Source of the DNA: Thainema sp.
GTDB lineage: Bacteria > Cyanobacteriota > Cyanobacteriia > Phormidesmidales > Phormidesmidaceae
NCBI GenBank assembly: GCA_052168235.1
Contig: JBQLZK010000006.1
Span: 32,001 to 96,000, forward strand
Reading direction: 5' to 3'
DNA length: 64,000 bases
Shown here: piece after piece, positions 1 to 9,592 of the stretch
Layout of the letters: every line of letters begins with the position of its first letter
Numbering within the stretch: position 1 is the first letter of the stretch
Notes under the pieces: generated by a model
Databases searched by the model: none
Told to the model about the DNA's origin: nothing
The model's input: only the letters and a program-made list of their open reading frames with translations
Position numbers and translations under genes: made by a program

Positions 1-1
1 A

Positions 2-271
2 TTCCCGTGCGATCGCACCTGTAGTTCGCAGTTGTTCCACTTCTTCGGCGCGAATTTCGGTATCAGTGGACAGCAGTAAAACCTGATGGCTGGCTTGGGG
101 AAAGTATCGCTCGACCAGATGATTACGATGTTCGGAGTCGAGCCGTCCCAGGGGCGTGTCGATGGCGACGGGCAGTTGCCGACCGGAAGCGCTAGCTAAT
201 CCCCAAAGAAGTGCGATCGCAAGGATCTGTTTTTCGCCAGCGGAAAGCCGATGTTTGGGTGGCCATGCGCC
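2..271 (-). pseudogene. dndD: C-terminal fragment of DNA sulfur-modification ATPase DndD; 5' part missing; runs off the window end
   Basis: My translation of the minus strand gives PKHRLSAGEKQILAIALLWGLASASGRQLPVAIDTPLGRLDSEHRNHLVERYFPQASHQVLLLSTDTEI, the ABC signature/Walker B region typical of DndD. The frame is closed upstream by TAA at 272-274 and has no in-frame ATG. Confidence 0.85.
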
Positions 272-601
272 TTACCCTTTTGGCAGGTATTTGACCAAGG
301 CTTTCATAACTTCTCCGGGTTGAAATTGCAGGGGACGATCGGCGTTGGGGGCGGAGAGGAAGTCTGTCCATTCGAAGGTTTCGGCAAAGCCGAGCTGGTG
401 GAGGGTGTTGATGATGGTGGTAATGGATTGTTTGGAGCCGATGACGAGGATTTTGACGGGTTCGCGATCGCGTTTGGGGTAGGAGTAGAGTTTGAGAGAA
501 ACGGAAAGAGAGACGGTTTCTGAGGAGTCGGATGAGTTGGAGAGGAAGGATTGGGTTTGCATAGTTGTCGCCTTAAAGTGTGGCATCAATTTGGATGCCA
601 A
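272..601 (-). CDS. Small cyanobacterial hypothetical protein, divergent from an XRE regulator
   Basis: 109-aa ORF; the REPVKILVIGS...LHQLGFAE..EW motif recalls a cyanobacterial family; true start uncertain. Confidence 0.65.
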   Translation of the reverse strand: MASKLMPHFKATTMQTQSFLSNSSDSSETVSLSVSLKLYSYPKRDREPVKILVIGSKQSITTIINTLHQLGFAETFEWTDFLSAPNADRPLQFQPGEVMKALVKYLPKG

Positions 602-678
602 TAATCATAGGCGTCAGTTCTGACTGCGTCAACCCTTTTGATGCCATTATATTTTTCATCCTCTGGAAAGATGGAGGC

Positions 679-912
679 ATGGGAAAAGCAGGAGCAGCAC
701 TCAAGCAGGTACTTGAGCAATATGAAATCAGTCAATATAGTCTTGCTGCGGTTCTTGATGTAGAACGCAACAACGTCTATCGATGGGTCAACGAAAAGCG
801 TGATCCATCTGGTGAAAGAATCGTTGAAATTGTTAGAGCACTAAAGTCTATGAATTCTGAAGCAGCAGAAACATTTGTTTCTTTATATTTAGGAGATGAA
901 CTCTTAGACTAA
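679..912 (+). CDS. XRE-family helix-turn-helix regulator
   Basis: MGKAGAALKQVLEQYEISQYSLAAVLDVERNNVYRWVNEKRDP is an HTH_3 pattern; ATG at 679 follows GGAGG. Confidence 0.85.
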   Translation: MGKAGAALKQVLEQYEISQYSLAAVLDVERNNVYRWVNEKRDPSGERIVEIVRALKSMNSEAAETFVSLYLGDELLD

Positions 913-1250
913 AACCGCAATCTACCTGTAGCAAGCATTCGATAACCCATTGCCATTGATGCAAACGAAACGAAGAATTGCCATAAACTAGTTGGATTTA
1001 ATACGGCTCGACTGCTAGCGAAGATCAAAACGATGCTGACTCCCACAAATATCCAACCATAGCTTTTGAGACTCATGGGCAACGCAACTAGCCATACAGT
1101 TCCGAGCACTAAGAGCAAGATGGAGAGATCAGCAGCAATTCCACGCCAAAAATAAGGATAAACATTCGTAGTAAAGAATATGTTTCGACCCAAAAAATAA
1201 ATTCCAAGCAGAATCAATGCAAAACCAATCAGTTGAATAAAGAATCTCAT
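909..1250 (-). CDS. Small multi-pass membrane protein
   Basis: 113 aa with about four hydrophobic segments. Confidence 0.75.
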   Translation of the reverse strand: MRFFIQLIGFALILLGIYFLGRNIFFTTNVYPYFWRGIAADLSILLLVLGTVWLVALPMSLKSYGWIFVGVSIVLIFASSRAVLNPTSLWQFFVSFASMAMGYRMLATGRLRF

Positions 1251-1289
1251 AACGCCACTTAACTCAAATAACTATTTTGGATTGAGGAA

Positions 1290-2249
1290 TCAAGCGATTT
1301 CCCATCGTTCTCTATGCCAACTCAGCGCTTCTAAACTGGGTCTAAATTTATCCTCAGTAGGTAACTCAATTTGCTCACCTTTGAAATCCATCATTCCTCG
1401 GCTTTCTATTGCTATTTCTTCTGTAAATCGATCTCTTGGAATAACTATACGATAATCATTGCTAATTCCAAACCAACCATGATCAAAAGCCCAATGATGA
1501 TTTTTGCAAAGCGCTAAACCATTAATAAAGCGATCATCTCTGAATTCCGAAAACGGCTTAATGTGTGCTCCATCAACAATATTCTGAGCATCAGAGCTAA
1601 TGATTTTTAAACGGCAAAATGCACAACGTTGATCATAGAGAGAAACTACGATTCTTCGAAACGCACCATTCCTCACAACAATGTTTTCTTCATTCTTTAG
1701 ATCTTTGATGCTATATGTCGCACCTCCTTCTTTTAAAAGCCGATTTTTAACGATTTCAAATTCATCTACAAGTGCAAGTTGCTCAATTTCGGAAGTTTGC
1801 TCAGAAAACCAAGTATCAATTAAAACCTTTAGCAAAAATATTCTTTGTTCAGGATTTTGCAAAAGAAAGAATAGCTCTGAATCAAAATAGGCGTGTTGAA
1901 CTGTTTTTCTGACTGCTGTAACTCCTTTACGGCCTAACTTAGTAGCTGATGTAGCTTCGCTGTCTGGATCTAGGTAAAGATGCCAAAATTTATCACCTGT
2001 TAAATGAACAAAAGGAAGTGATATATCAGAACGATGATCAGTTGTTACTAAGCTACGCCAATATTTTAGGAAGGTTGAAATTAGTTCAGGTGATAAAGGA
2101 ATTCTGTTCTTATAGATTTTTCCTTGTTCAATCAACTCAAGAACTGAAATAAGCAAAATAGGTTTATGTGGAGCGCTTCCTCGCTCTCGATTTCGGTTTA
2201 CATTGAGATTTGCGAACTTTCTCGCGTAGTAGTGCAAATCTTTTTTCAT
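1290..2249 (-). CDS. SBD-HNH endonuclease, putative phosphorothioate-dependent restriction enzyme
   Basis: N-terminal APHKPILLISVL and LPFVHL..DKFWHL (SBD-like); C-terminal CAFC...DGAHIKP...NGLALCKNHHWAFD (HNH). Confidence 0.85.
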   Translation of the reverse strand: MKKDLHYYARKFANLNVNRNRERGSAPHKPILLISVLELIEQGKIYKNRIPLSPELISTFLKYWRSLVTTDHRSDISLPFVHLTGDKFWHLYLDPDSEATSATKLGRKGVTAVRKTVQHAYFDSELFFLLQNPEQRIFLLKVLIDTWFSEQTSEIEQLALVDEFEIVKNRLLKEGGATYSIKDLKNEENIVVRNGAFRRIVVSLYDQRCAFCRLKIISSDAQNIVDGAHIKPFSEFRDDRFINGLALCKNHHWAFDHGWFGISNDYRIVIPRDRFTEEIAIESRGMMDFKGEQIELPTEDKFRPSLEALSWHRERWEIA

Positions 2250-2267
2250 AAATGTAAACCAGACTAA

Positions 2268-2831
2268 CTATGCTTCATCAAGTTTTCTCATGTACGTGCT
2301 GTACATTTTCATAAAGTACCCCGGTGGCTCTTGAAAACTATCAGTCTGTGAAATTTGTTTAACTTGATCCAGTTTACCTGGAAACCATCGACCGACTAGA
2401 ACCGCCCGTAAACTATCACGCAAAGATTGTTCTTGTAAAAAATCAAACAAGTCCTCATCTAAGTAAGCATGGCTAATTGCACGTTTCACCTCTGCCAGAG
2501 TCTTTAACTTTATCTTTTTAGCTAAAACTTTCTCAAAACCTGGATTGGCGTATAAGTGCCAAAATTTACCGCTTTTCATATGGAAAAACGGTCGTGAGAT
2601 ATCGGGATAATGACTAGCCGATCCTAAATAGCTCCAATACTTTAAAAACGTTCGATTGATTTGTCTAGATAATTCAATTCGATTCTCATGAATTACTTCG
2701 CGTTCAAAGAGTTCAATAACTGAAAGCAATAGAATTGGCTTGTGAGGCGCAACGCCATGAGCACGATCTACCCGTATCCTCTCAAATTTCTTTGAGTAAT
2801 ATGCAAGAAGCTTAATTCTTTCTAAATCCAC
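2268..2831 (-). CDS. Stand-alone SBD-like protein with no nuclease domain
   Basis: APHKPILLLSVIEL, TFLKYW, RPFFHMKSGKFWHL and HAYLDEDLF parallel the N-terminus of the downstream gene; no HNH motif; GTG start. Confidence 0.8.
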   Translation of the reverse strand: MDLERIKLLAYYSKKFERIRVDRAHGVAPHKPILLLSVIELFEREVIHENRIELSRQINRTFLKYWSYLGSASHYPDISRPFFHMKSGKFWHLYANPGFEKVLAKKIKLKTLAEVKRAISHAYLDEDLFDFLQEQSLRDSLRAVLVGRWFPGKLDQVKQISQTDSFQEPPGYFMKMYSTYMRKLDEA

Positions 2832-2895
2832 TTGCTTTAAGTTTAGTGGCTTGTACTACAGAATGAATGATAGACGAAAGATTTCTCTCATGAGA

Positions 2896-3153
2896 CTAAT
2901 CTGATCTTTTATCATCTAGCATCTCTCTCTTAATTTCTTGTATCAAGTCTATAATCTGTTGCCGAGTTTCGTATCCTTCTGCAACTAAAGACTCCTTTAA
3001 TTCTTGTTGAATCTGTTCTACAGAACTCAGCGGTTCACGCAAAGCTGTTTTTCCTAAATACCCAAGCCTCAACATATCTTCTAGATATACTACGAACTCT
3101 CGATCTCCAGAGACTACTTTAATATTGCAGAGATAAAGCCCATTATCATTCAT
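2896..3153 (-). pseudogene. Chimeric ORF: HepT/DUF86-like N-terminal stub joined to unrelated sequence
   Basis: Start overlaps the MNT stop (ATGA); MNDNGLYLCNIK resembles HepT N-termini; no R-x4-H HEPN motif follows. Confidence 0.5.
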
Positions 3154-3476
3154 AGCGGTATCGCATCCTGCATCACCCGATCCTTAATCCGCTCGTGCAG
3201 AGCCGATGGAGTCGCCACATCCACCGATCTCCCCAATAAATCCTCCAGATCCTGTATTAGGCCAATGTGGTCAAGCAAACTGCGCCCCGGCTCCAGGTCT
3301 ACTAACAAATCAATATCACTCTGCTCATTCGCTTCTCCTCGCACTACCGAGCCAAATACCCGAATATTAGATGCTCCATGTTGTGCGGCAATAGAGACAA
3401 GATCTGCCTTTTGCGCTCTTAATCGAGCCAGTAGATCATTCACCCTAGAAGCCTCTAGATTGGAGTCTTGCATCAC
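3150..3476 (-). CDS. mntA: Minimal nucleotidyltransferase (MntA-type antitoxin)
   Basis: FGSVVRGEANEQSDIDLLVD gives GS-x10-DxD; C-terminal LEDLLGRSVDV. Confidence 0.9.
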   Translation of the reverse strand: MMQDSNLEASRVNDLLARLRAQKADLVSIAAQHGASNIRVFGSVVRGEANEQSDIDLLVDLEPGRSLLDHIGLIQDLEDLLGRSVDVATPSALHERIKDRVMQDAIPL

Positions 3477-3506
3477 ATCACCTCCAAAACCTCAGTCCAC
3501 TCAAAC

Positions 3507-3569
3507 TCATTTACACTCTGCCGCACCAGCTTGATCAACGAAACCTACTTCTTTTACAAATGTTGCCAA
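3507..3569 (-). pseudogene. Possible stub of a PemK/MazF-like toxin
   Basis: TTG start with GAGGAGG upstream overlaps the DUF2281 3' end; (M)ATFVK resembles the start of the usual partner toxin, then the frame diverges and stops after 20 aa. Confidence 0.4.
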
Positions 3570-3748
3570 GCCTCCTCCTCGTCAGGTAACAACCAGTCCT
3601 TATTTAAGGCAGACTCACTCAATAAAGCAGTTTCAAACTTCTCCTGTGCCTGAGTCATATTCAAAAACTGAATAAACGACAATACTGTTGTCAAAACATC
3701 TTCAGGAGCTTTTTCTAACTCCTGCAAAATTAAATCTTTAATCGTCAC
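3554..3748 (-). CDS. DUF2281-like putative antitoxin
   Basis: ILQELEKAPEDVLTTVLSFIQFL...ALLSESALNKDWLLPDEEEAWQHL. Confidence 0.8.
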   Translation of the reverse strand: MTIKDLILQELEKAPEDVLTTVLSFIQFLNMTQAQEKFETALLSESALNKDWLLPDEEEAWQHL

Positions 3749-3759
3749 TTCTCAACTTC

Positions 3760-5493
3760 CTACATCGCAGTATAAGTATTCACCCGATACCCTAGTTCAC
3801 TCCCTAACAGCCGCGTCACTGCTTCTAGCTGCCGCAACGTTTCTTGCGTGACCCCATCCTCAACTGATCCATCACCGCAGTAAAACAGCGTATGATCCGT
3901 ATTCAACCGATTTTTCATCAAAGCTCGTAAGGCTGGAATCTTATTCTCCGCAGTACCAATCAGCCGAGCCCGCTTAGAAAGCAACAAGGTCAGGTTCTCA
4001 TTATCTTCATCATCACCACCAATTGCGATCGCACGGCCAATCTTGACTGATAAATCGGCATACTCCAGCACCTCGTCATCCGTCAGTTCCACCAAAATCG
4101 GGTAGTAGCGATAATGCACCAGCGCCCCCTGTTCAATGGCATTCCGTAGGGTAAACTCCGGCTCCAGTACCTCGCCAAAATAGTCAAACAGCGCCTGGGT
4201 GCCCCGATCATCAAAATACCGCTCCGGTGTCGCCGACAGTCCTAATCTCAACCCCACTGTCTTTGGCAAACTGGCCGCCAATCGTTGCGCTCCTAAGTTA
4301 TGCGCCTCATCCCCAATCAACAGCGTCTTCTTGGGAAACGAACCAAGCTGCGACTGAAAGCCCTGACTAGTCAGCGTCGCATTCGTTGTAATCACCGTGA
4401 CAAACGGCTGCAGTTCTAATTTCAGGTTAAGCAACTGATTCGACAGATTGCTCTGCCACTGCTTCAAACTCTCATAGGCCAAAATTGGCTCTAGCCCAAA
4501 CTTCCGGCACTCCCGATCCCACTGCTGCACTAAGTGACGGTAAGGACACACTACAATCAGCGCTTGCAGCTCAATTTTCTCGTATAGCTCTGCGGCAACA
4601 GCCAAAGCGGTAATTGTCTTTCCGCTTCCTGTTGCCATTTTCAGTGTGCCGCGCCCATTATTTGCAAACCAATTCTCCACCGCCTGCTTTTGGTAATCCC
4701 GTAGATTGAGCCAGAATGGTTTAATTGGGATTCCTTGAAGTTTGGTGGCTACTTCATCAGGAAAATCTAATTCATAATCTCCTTTAGTACTAGCAGCATA
4801 AGGCTCTCGCGTCGGTGGTTTATCAGGGCAGTACTTTTGGATCAGAGATCGCGTTACCGCCTCCGGAAACGGCATCACATCAACCTTGGGCGTGCGATTC
4901 TGCCACAACTCCTCAAATGCCTCTGCTCGCATACGTGCCCATTCGTCAAGTCCGGGTTGCCAAGACGCACAAACCTCTAATACCTCAAAATTATGCTGTA
5001 AGCCATTTTCACTTTCATTGGCTGAGCCGTTGAAAGTTACTAAATTCCCCTCATCATCAGCAAAGATACCCAGCTTTTCGTGATAGATGCCCCGTAACGC
5101 TTCAGGTACAGCTAACTTGATCTCTAGATTTCCCCGCGCCAGCAACCAAGTCAGAGCTGCGAATCGCTGTTTCACAAAATCGGGCATATCCTCTTGATCA
5201 AAGCTTCTCAGCAATGCCCGATTAATCACCTCATCTCGCTGCTGGAGACCCTGCTGAATTGCTTCCACATCCGCTTCAGACAATTGTGGTGATGTCACCA
5301 ACCGCATCCGCCCACCCGACTGAATAAATGCTGTTAATCCCCTCGCCACCAGTGCCAGCACCGAGCTCGAAAAGTATCCCACCGCACGGTTGTAGACGGT
5401 TGCCTGCTTCAAACAAGGAATATAGAAATCCTCAACTAAGTTGGACTCACTACTGCGATATCTCTTGCGAAGGTTTAGCGCTTTCAGATTCAA
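3760..5493 (-). pseudogene. PLD-nuclease/SF2 DEAH helicase of the dnd-associated restriction enzyme type, C-terminally truncated
   Basis: HEKLGIFAD...NGSANES (PLD), MATGSGKT, DEAH and LSATPER are present; the ORF ends at GYRVNTYTAM before helicase motifs V and VI. Confidence 0.8.
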
Positions 5494-5635
5494 GTTAGAA
5501 CCTCAAATCCATACTTCCCCTAGGATAAATGCACTAATCATCTCTTAACCCTGAAATATAAAGCAATTGTCACAAAGCTACTATCTGCATTTTGGTCAAA
5601 CCTATAGCCTCGCGGCGTGAAGCATTAACAGCATG

Positions 5636-6835
5636 TCACAGAGCACTTCGTTCTGGACTGGTTGGGGTCTTTGGCTGAATTGGGTTTTGTTGCTCCAGCA
5701 TCAAGGCAAGCTGCTTTTGAAACTGCGCCAAGCCAAACTTGCTGATTGCCCGGTTTCTCAATTTCATCTTCTGAGCATGGCTGTTTAAACAGTTGCGATC
5801 GCACAAAATATCAATCAGCGTTTGAGCAATCTCTAACTCATCATCCGGGTTAACTAAATAGCCCATCGTGCCGTGTTCCAGTGGATCAACAGCTCCATCA
5901 CAATTTCCGGCTAGCACTGGCTTACCACACGCCAAAGCCTCTAAATAAACAATGCCAAAGCCCTCGCCTTTACTGGGTAGGGCAAACACATCGCATAAAT
6001 TATAGTGATCGCACAACTCCTGATCTGGAATAAAGCCAGTCAACGTCACAGCGTCCTCCAGACCAAGCTGATCAATCAACTGCTGGATGCGCGGCGTATC
6101 ATCCCCTTTGCCCGCCAAAATATAATGCACATCGGGAATCTGCTGACGAATGATCGGTAACGCCCGCAGAATTTGGTCATACCCCTTATACGTATCGAGC
6201 TTGCCCAAGCGGCTGACCGTGAAAATCACAGGCTGCTGTGGCTGCAATCCATAGCGCTTTAGCAAATAGTCAGGCTTCGGCCCAATTTGAAACTGTTGCG
6301 GATCGAGCGTATTCGGCAGGACAACAACCTGTTCAGCCCGCAAATCTTGTTCGTGCAAAATGCGATCGCGGGTAAAATGGCTGACGGCAACAACCTGATC
6401 GGCCTGCTGGAGTGCTTTTCGCAAGTGAGTCCGCTGCAAATCCCAAACCTCCAGCCCGTGAGCAATCACCCAGTAGGGAACCCCAGAAATCTGCTTCAGC
6501 CACTGGCAGACAGGACTGTAGTTGACATGAGAAGCGATGATCAGCGAAGGCTGAGCCTGAACCCCCCGTTGCAGCGTTCGGCCCGCCATCAGCACCGTTT
6601 GCACAATCCGGGGATGATCGCCTAAACAATGAAATCGGGTTTGCGGTAGTAAACCAAATCGATCATGGATATGATCCAGCCGATCGTATTTGAGAAATAA
6701 GTCATACTCAGCGTCTGGGTAAAGCTGCTGGAGCGTTTTCAGCAGAAAAATAGAGTAGACCTGAATTCCACCTTTGAAGCCAAAAATATTAGGAAGCAGT
6801 AAGAAAAAATGGGCCGTTTCATCTAAATTACTCAT
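5636..6835 (-). CDS. Glycosyltransferase family 4
   Basis: GGIQVY, HGLEVW, KGYD, EGFGIVYLEALACGKPV. Confidence 0.93.
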   Translation of the reverse strand: MSNLDETAHFFLLLPNIFGFKGGIQVYSIFLLKTLQQLYPDAEYDLFLKYDRLDHIHDRFGLLPQTRFHCLGDHPRIVQTVLMAGRTLQRGVQAQPSLIIASHVNYSPVCQWLKQISGVPYWVIAHGLEVWDLQRTHLRKALQQADQVVAVSHFTRDRILHEQDLRAEQVVVLPNTLDPQQFQIGPKPDYLLKRYGLQPQQPVIFTVSRLGKLDTYKGYDQILRALPIIRQQIPDVHYILAGKGDDTPRIQQLIDQLGLEDAVTLTGFIPDQELCDHYNLCDVFALPSKGEGFGIVYLEALACGKPVLAGNCDGAVDPLEHGTMGYLVNPDDELEIAQTLIDILCDRNCLNSHAQKMKLRNRAISKFGLAQFQKQLALMLEQQNPIQPKTPTSPERSAL

Positions 6836-7840
6836 CGGAATTGATGCAAGAGCTAGGGGAGACTGTTTTACCGACTTACCTTGGAAAGGTATTATTATCT
6901 AATCAAACTATTTTAATTCAACACTTGAGCAGTTGGTGTTGATAGCAATATCGGCGGCGCATCAAGATGAGAGTTAACTAAAAAAATAAGGTTGGTACCA
7001 ATCGTCACTAAACAATAGCCAATCGATAAACCTAAAATAATGCAATTGCTCTTTTGATTCGCACGATCAAAAATCCGATTTGTATGCTTAATCATTAGAT
7101 CGATAACCTTAATATCTACATGGTGAACTGATGGTGAGCGGTTTGAAGCTGCAAGTTTTGTGTGCTGGTCGCAACAGCATCAACGGTTTCTGCCTTTTTG
7201 CCATATTTCGAAAATGGTCAAACATACGAGAAGAGTTTAATGACTGTCTTGCAGCTTTCCCCACTTTTGGAATAGCTTGTGTTCGCTATACTCCCTTAGA
7301 AATCAAATTAAATAGGTACCATTTCCCATCTCTTCATGTGACTTCAGGTGAAGTTATTTGTGAGAAGCAATAAATTAATTGGTGATGCAGCAATTAGCAC
7401 GTCGTGACACCATACAGTTAATAATGGTGATATTCATCACGCCTAGAAAGTCGTCTAGAAAGTGAGATCGCATTCTCCAAGTCGCACTTGAAATCCAAAC
7501 CAGCGAATGCTATTGCCCAGATTCAAACGTTTGTGACGAAATTTGAACGATAGGCGGTGAATTTTAACGATTTCATCAGAATTTGCTGATGGACGGAAAC
7601 TCGTTGATTGCAGTCTATCGGCTCCCATTCCACCGCTCCCCAGCCAGTAAAGTGTCATCCAAGCTACAGATGGCTCTGGTCAGTCAGAGAACACTCTTAA
7701 TCAGCTTGAGCAACTTGAGCAACATCTTGAGTGCGATCGCAATTTAATCGCATAACGACTACTCCACAGATTTGCGATCGCGCCATCAACGCTGCCCAAA
7801 CACTGCCCAACTATATAGGAACCGTGGACAGGAGACTCCC

Positions 7841-9046
7841 ATGCCGCAAACGCTTTTCAAAGTAGACTTGACCAAGCCAATGGATCAACAGGAGCTACCG
7901 GGACATAACCGTTGGCATCCCGACATTCCAGCGGTTGTGTCGGTCAATCCTGGCGATGTTTTTCGGATTGAGTGCAAAGACTGGACAGACGGCCAGATCA
8001 AAAACAACGATAGCCCTGATGACATTCGAGATGTCGATTTAACTGTGGTGCATGTGCTGAGCGGTCCCATTTGGGTGAATGGGGCAGAACCTGGCGATAT
8101 TCTGGTGGTAGACCTGCTGGATATTGGGGCGCTGCAAGGCGATGAGTGGGGCTTTACTGGCATCTTTGCCAAAGAAAACGGTGGTGGCTTTTTGACCGAT
8201 CACTTTCCGGAAGCGGCCAAGGCCATTTGGGATTTTCAAGGAATTTATACCTCGTCGCGCCACATTCCCAACGTCAAGTTTGCGGGCATCATTCACCCCG
8301 GTCTAATTGGCTGTGCCCCCTCCCATGAGCTACTCGCCACCTGGAATCAGCGAGAACGTGAACTGGTTGATTCTGCACCGGATCTGCGAACCTATGGTAC
8401 GGGGCTAGCAGGGGATATGCCTGTTTATGCGGCTCTCCCCAATCCGCAAAATGCCATCCTGGGCACGCTGCCGAAATCTGAATATGAGCGGGTGGCAGCC
8501 GAAGCGGCTCGTACCGTGCCACCGCGTGAACATGGTGGCAACTGCGATATCAAAAACCTGTCCAAGGGCACCCGCATCTACTTTCCGGTTTATGTAGAAG
8601 GAGCCAAGCTATCGATGGGTGATATTCACTTCTCCCAAGGCGATGGCGAAATCTCGTTTTGCGGCGCAATTGAGATGTCCGGCTACATTGACCTACACGT
8701 AGACATCATTAAAGGCGGCGTTGAGAAATATAACCTGGTGAATCCCATTTTTAAACCCGGCCCCGTGGAACCGCACTATTCGGAATACCTGGTATTTGAA
8801 GGGATTTCGGTAGACGAGCATTCCGGCAAGCAGTACTACATGGATGTGCATATTGCCTACCGACGGGCCTGTTTGAATGCAATTGAGTATCTGAAAAACT
8901 TTGGCTTCACAGGTGAGCAAATTTACCTGATGCTCAGTTGTGCTCCGGTTGAAGGCCGAGTCAGCGGCATCGTCGATATACCCAATGCCTGCTGCACGCT
9001 GGCGATTCCCACTGCCATTTTTGATATGGATATCCTACCCAAATAG
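7841..9046 (+). CDS. fmdA: Formamidase (FmdA/AmdA family)
   Basis: HNRWHPDIP, GGNCDIKNL, GDIHFSQGDGEISFCGAIEM; ATG at 7841 follows GGAGA. Confidence 0.95.
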   Translation: MPQTLFKVDLTKPMDQQELPGHNRWHPDIPAVVSVNPGDVFRIECKDWTDGQIKNNDSPDDIRDVDLTVVHVLSGPIWVNGAEPGDILVVDLLDIGALQGDEWGFTGIFAKENGGGFLTDHFPEAAKAIWDFQGIYTSSRHIPNVKFAGIIHPGLIGCAPSHELLATWNQRERELVDSAPDLRTYGTGLAGDMPVYAALPNPQNAILGTLPKSEYERVAAEAARTVPPREHGGNCDIKNLSKGTRIYFPVYVEGAKLSMGDIHFSQGDGEISFCGAIEMSGYIDLHVDIIKGGVEKYNLVNPIFKPGPVEPHYSEYLVFEGISVDEHSGKQYYMDVHIAYRRACLNAIEYLKNFGFTGEQIYLMLSCAPVEGRVSGIVDIPNACCTLAIPTAIFDMDILPK

Positions 9047-9317
9047 TTTGGTAGTTCTCAAAAGGTAATGATGTTTTGTTATATGGGCAGCGTTCACACA
9101 ACAAAACATTATTACCTAACGACCACTCCCCATCATTTTTGTGGGGTGGGTGAGCGACCGCTGATTCTGGGCCTCAAATTTGTTTGGGTCACGAGTTTCA
9201 CGTTGCTCAACTCAATCCGCAAAAAACAAGTCACGGTGTTGAAGAAGGTGAGCATTGCCCACCCTACAGCCCTTTACTACAGACTTTTCCAGCTCTTTTC
9301 AGTTTTACTTATTCTCC

Positions 9318-9584
9318 ATGCCTCTCTACGAATTTCGCTGCACCACCTGCGGTATTTTTGACCAGTGGCGCTCAATGGCCGAATCCAGTCTGCCTGCTTT
9401 TTGCCCAACCTGTGATGTGCAAGGAAAGCGAATCTACTCACCGCCCGCAATCAATCTTTCATCGGCACTACCTAGCCGGTCTCGTCGTTCAGAACCAGAA
9501 GTCGTAACGCAATCAAACCGTGAGCCAGAGAAACCCAAATTCCAAGGTCAACGCTGTGGTCGCCCGTGGATGCTGAATCACTGA
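9318..9584 (+). CDS. fmdB: FmdB-family zinc-ribbon protein
   Basis: MPLYEFRCTTCG...CPTC...RPWML, directly downstream of fmdA. Confidence 0.9.
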   Translation: MPLYEFRCTTCGIFDQWRSMAESSLPAFCPTCDVQGKRIYSPPAINLSSALPSRSRRSEPEVVTQSNREPEKPKFQGQRCGRPWMLNH

Positions 9585-9592
9585 CGAATCAT

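Noticed and set aside
2..601. Stop-codon readthrough fusion of the 109-aa ORF to the in-frame dndD fragment
   Set aside because: In-frame juxtaposition has a one-in-three chance; TAA is a poor readthrough codon and the product would lack Walker A
9068..9507. ORFs 9068-9361 and 9184-9507
   Set aside because: They span repeat-derived spacer and overlap fmdB out of frame
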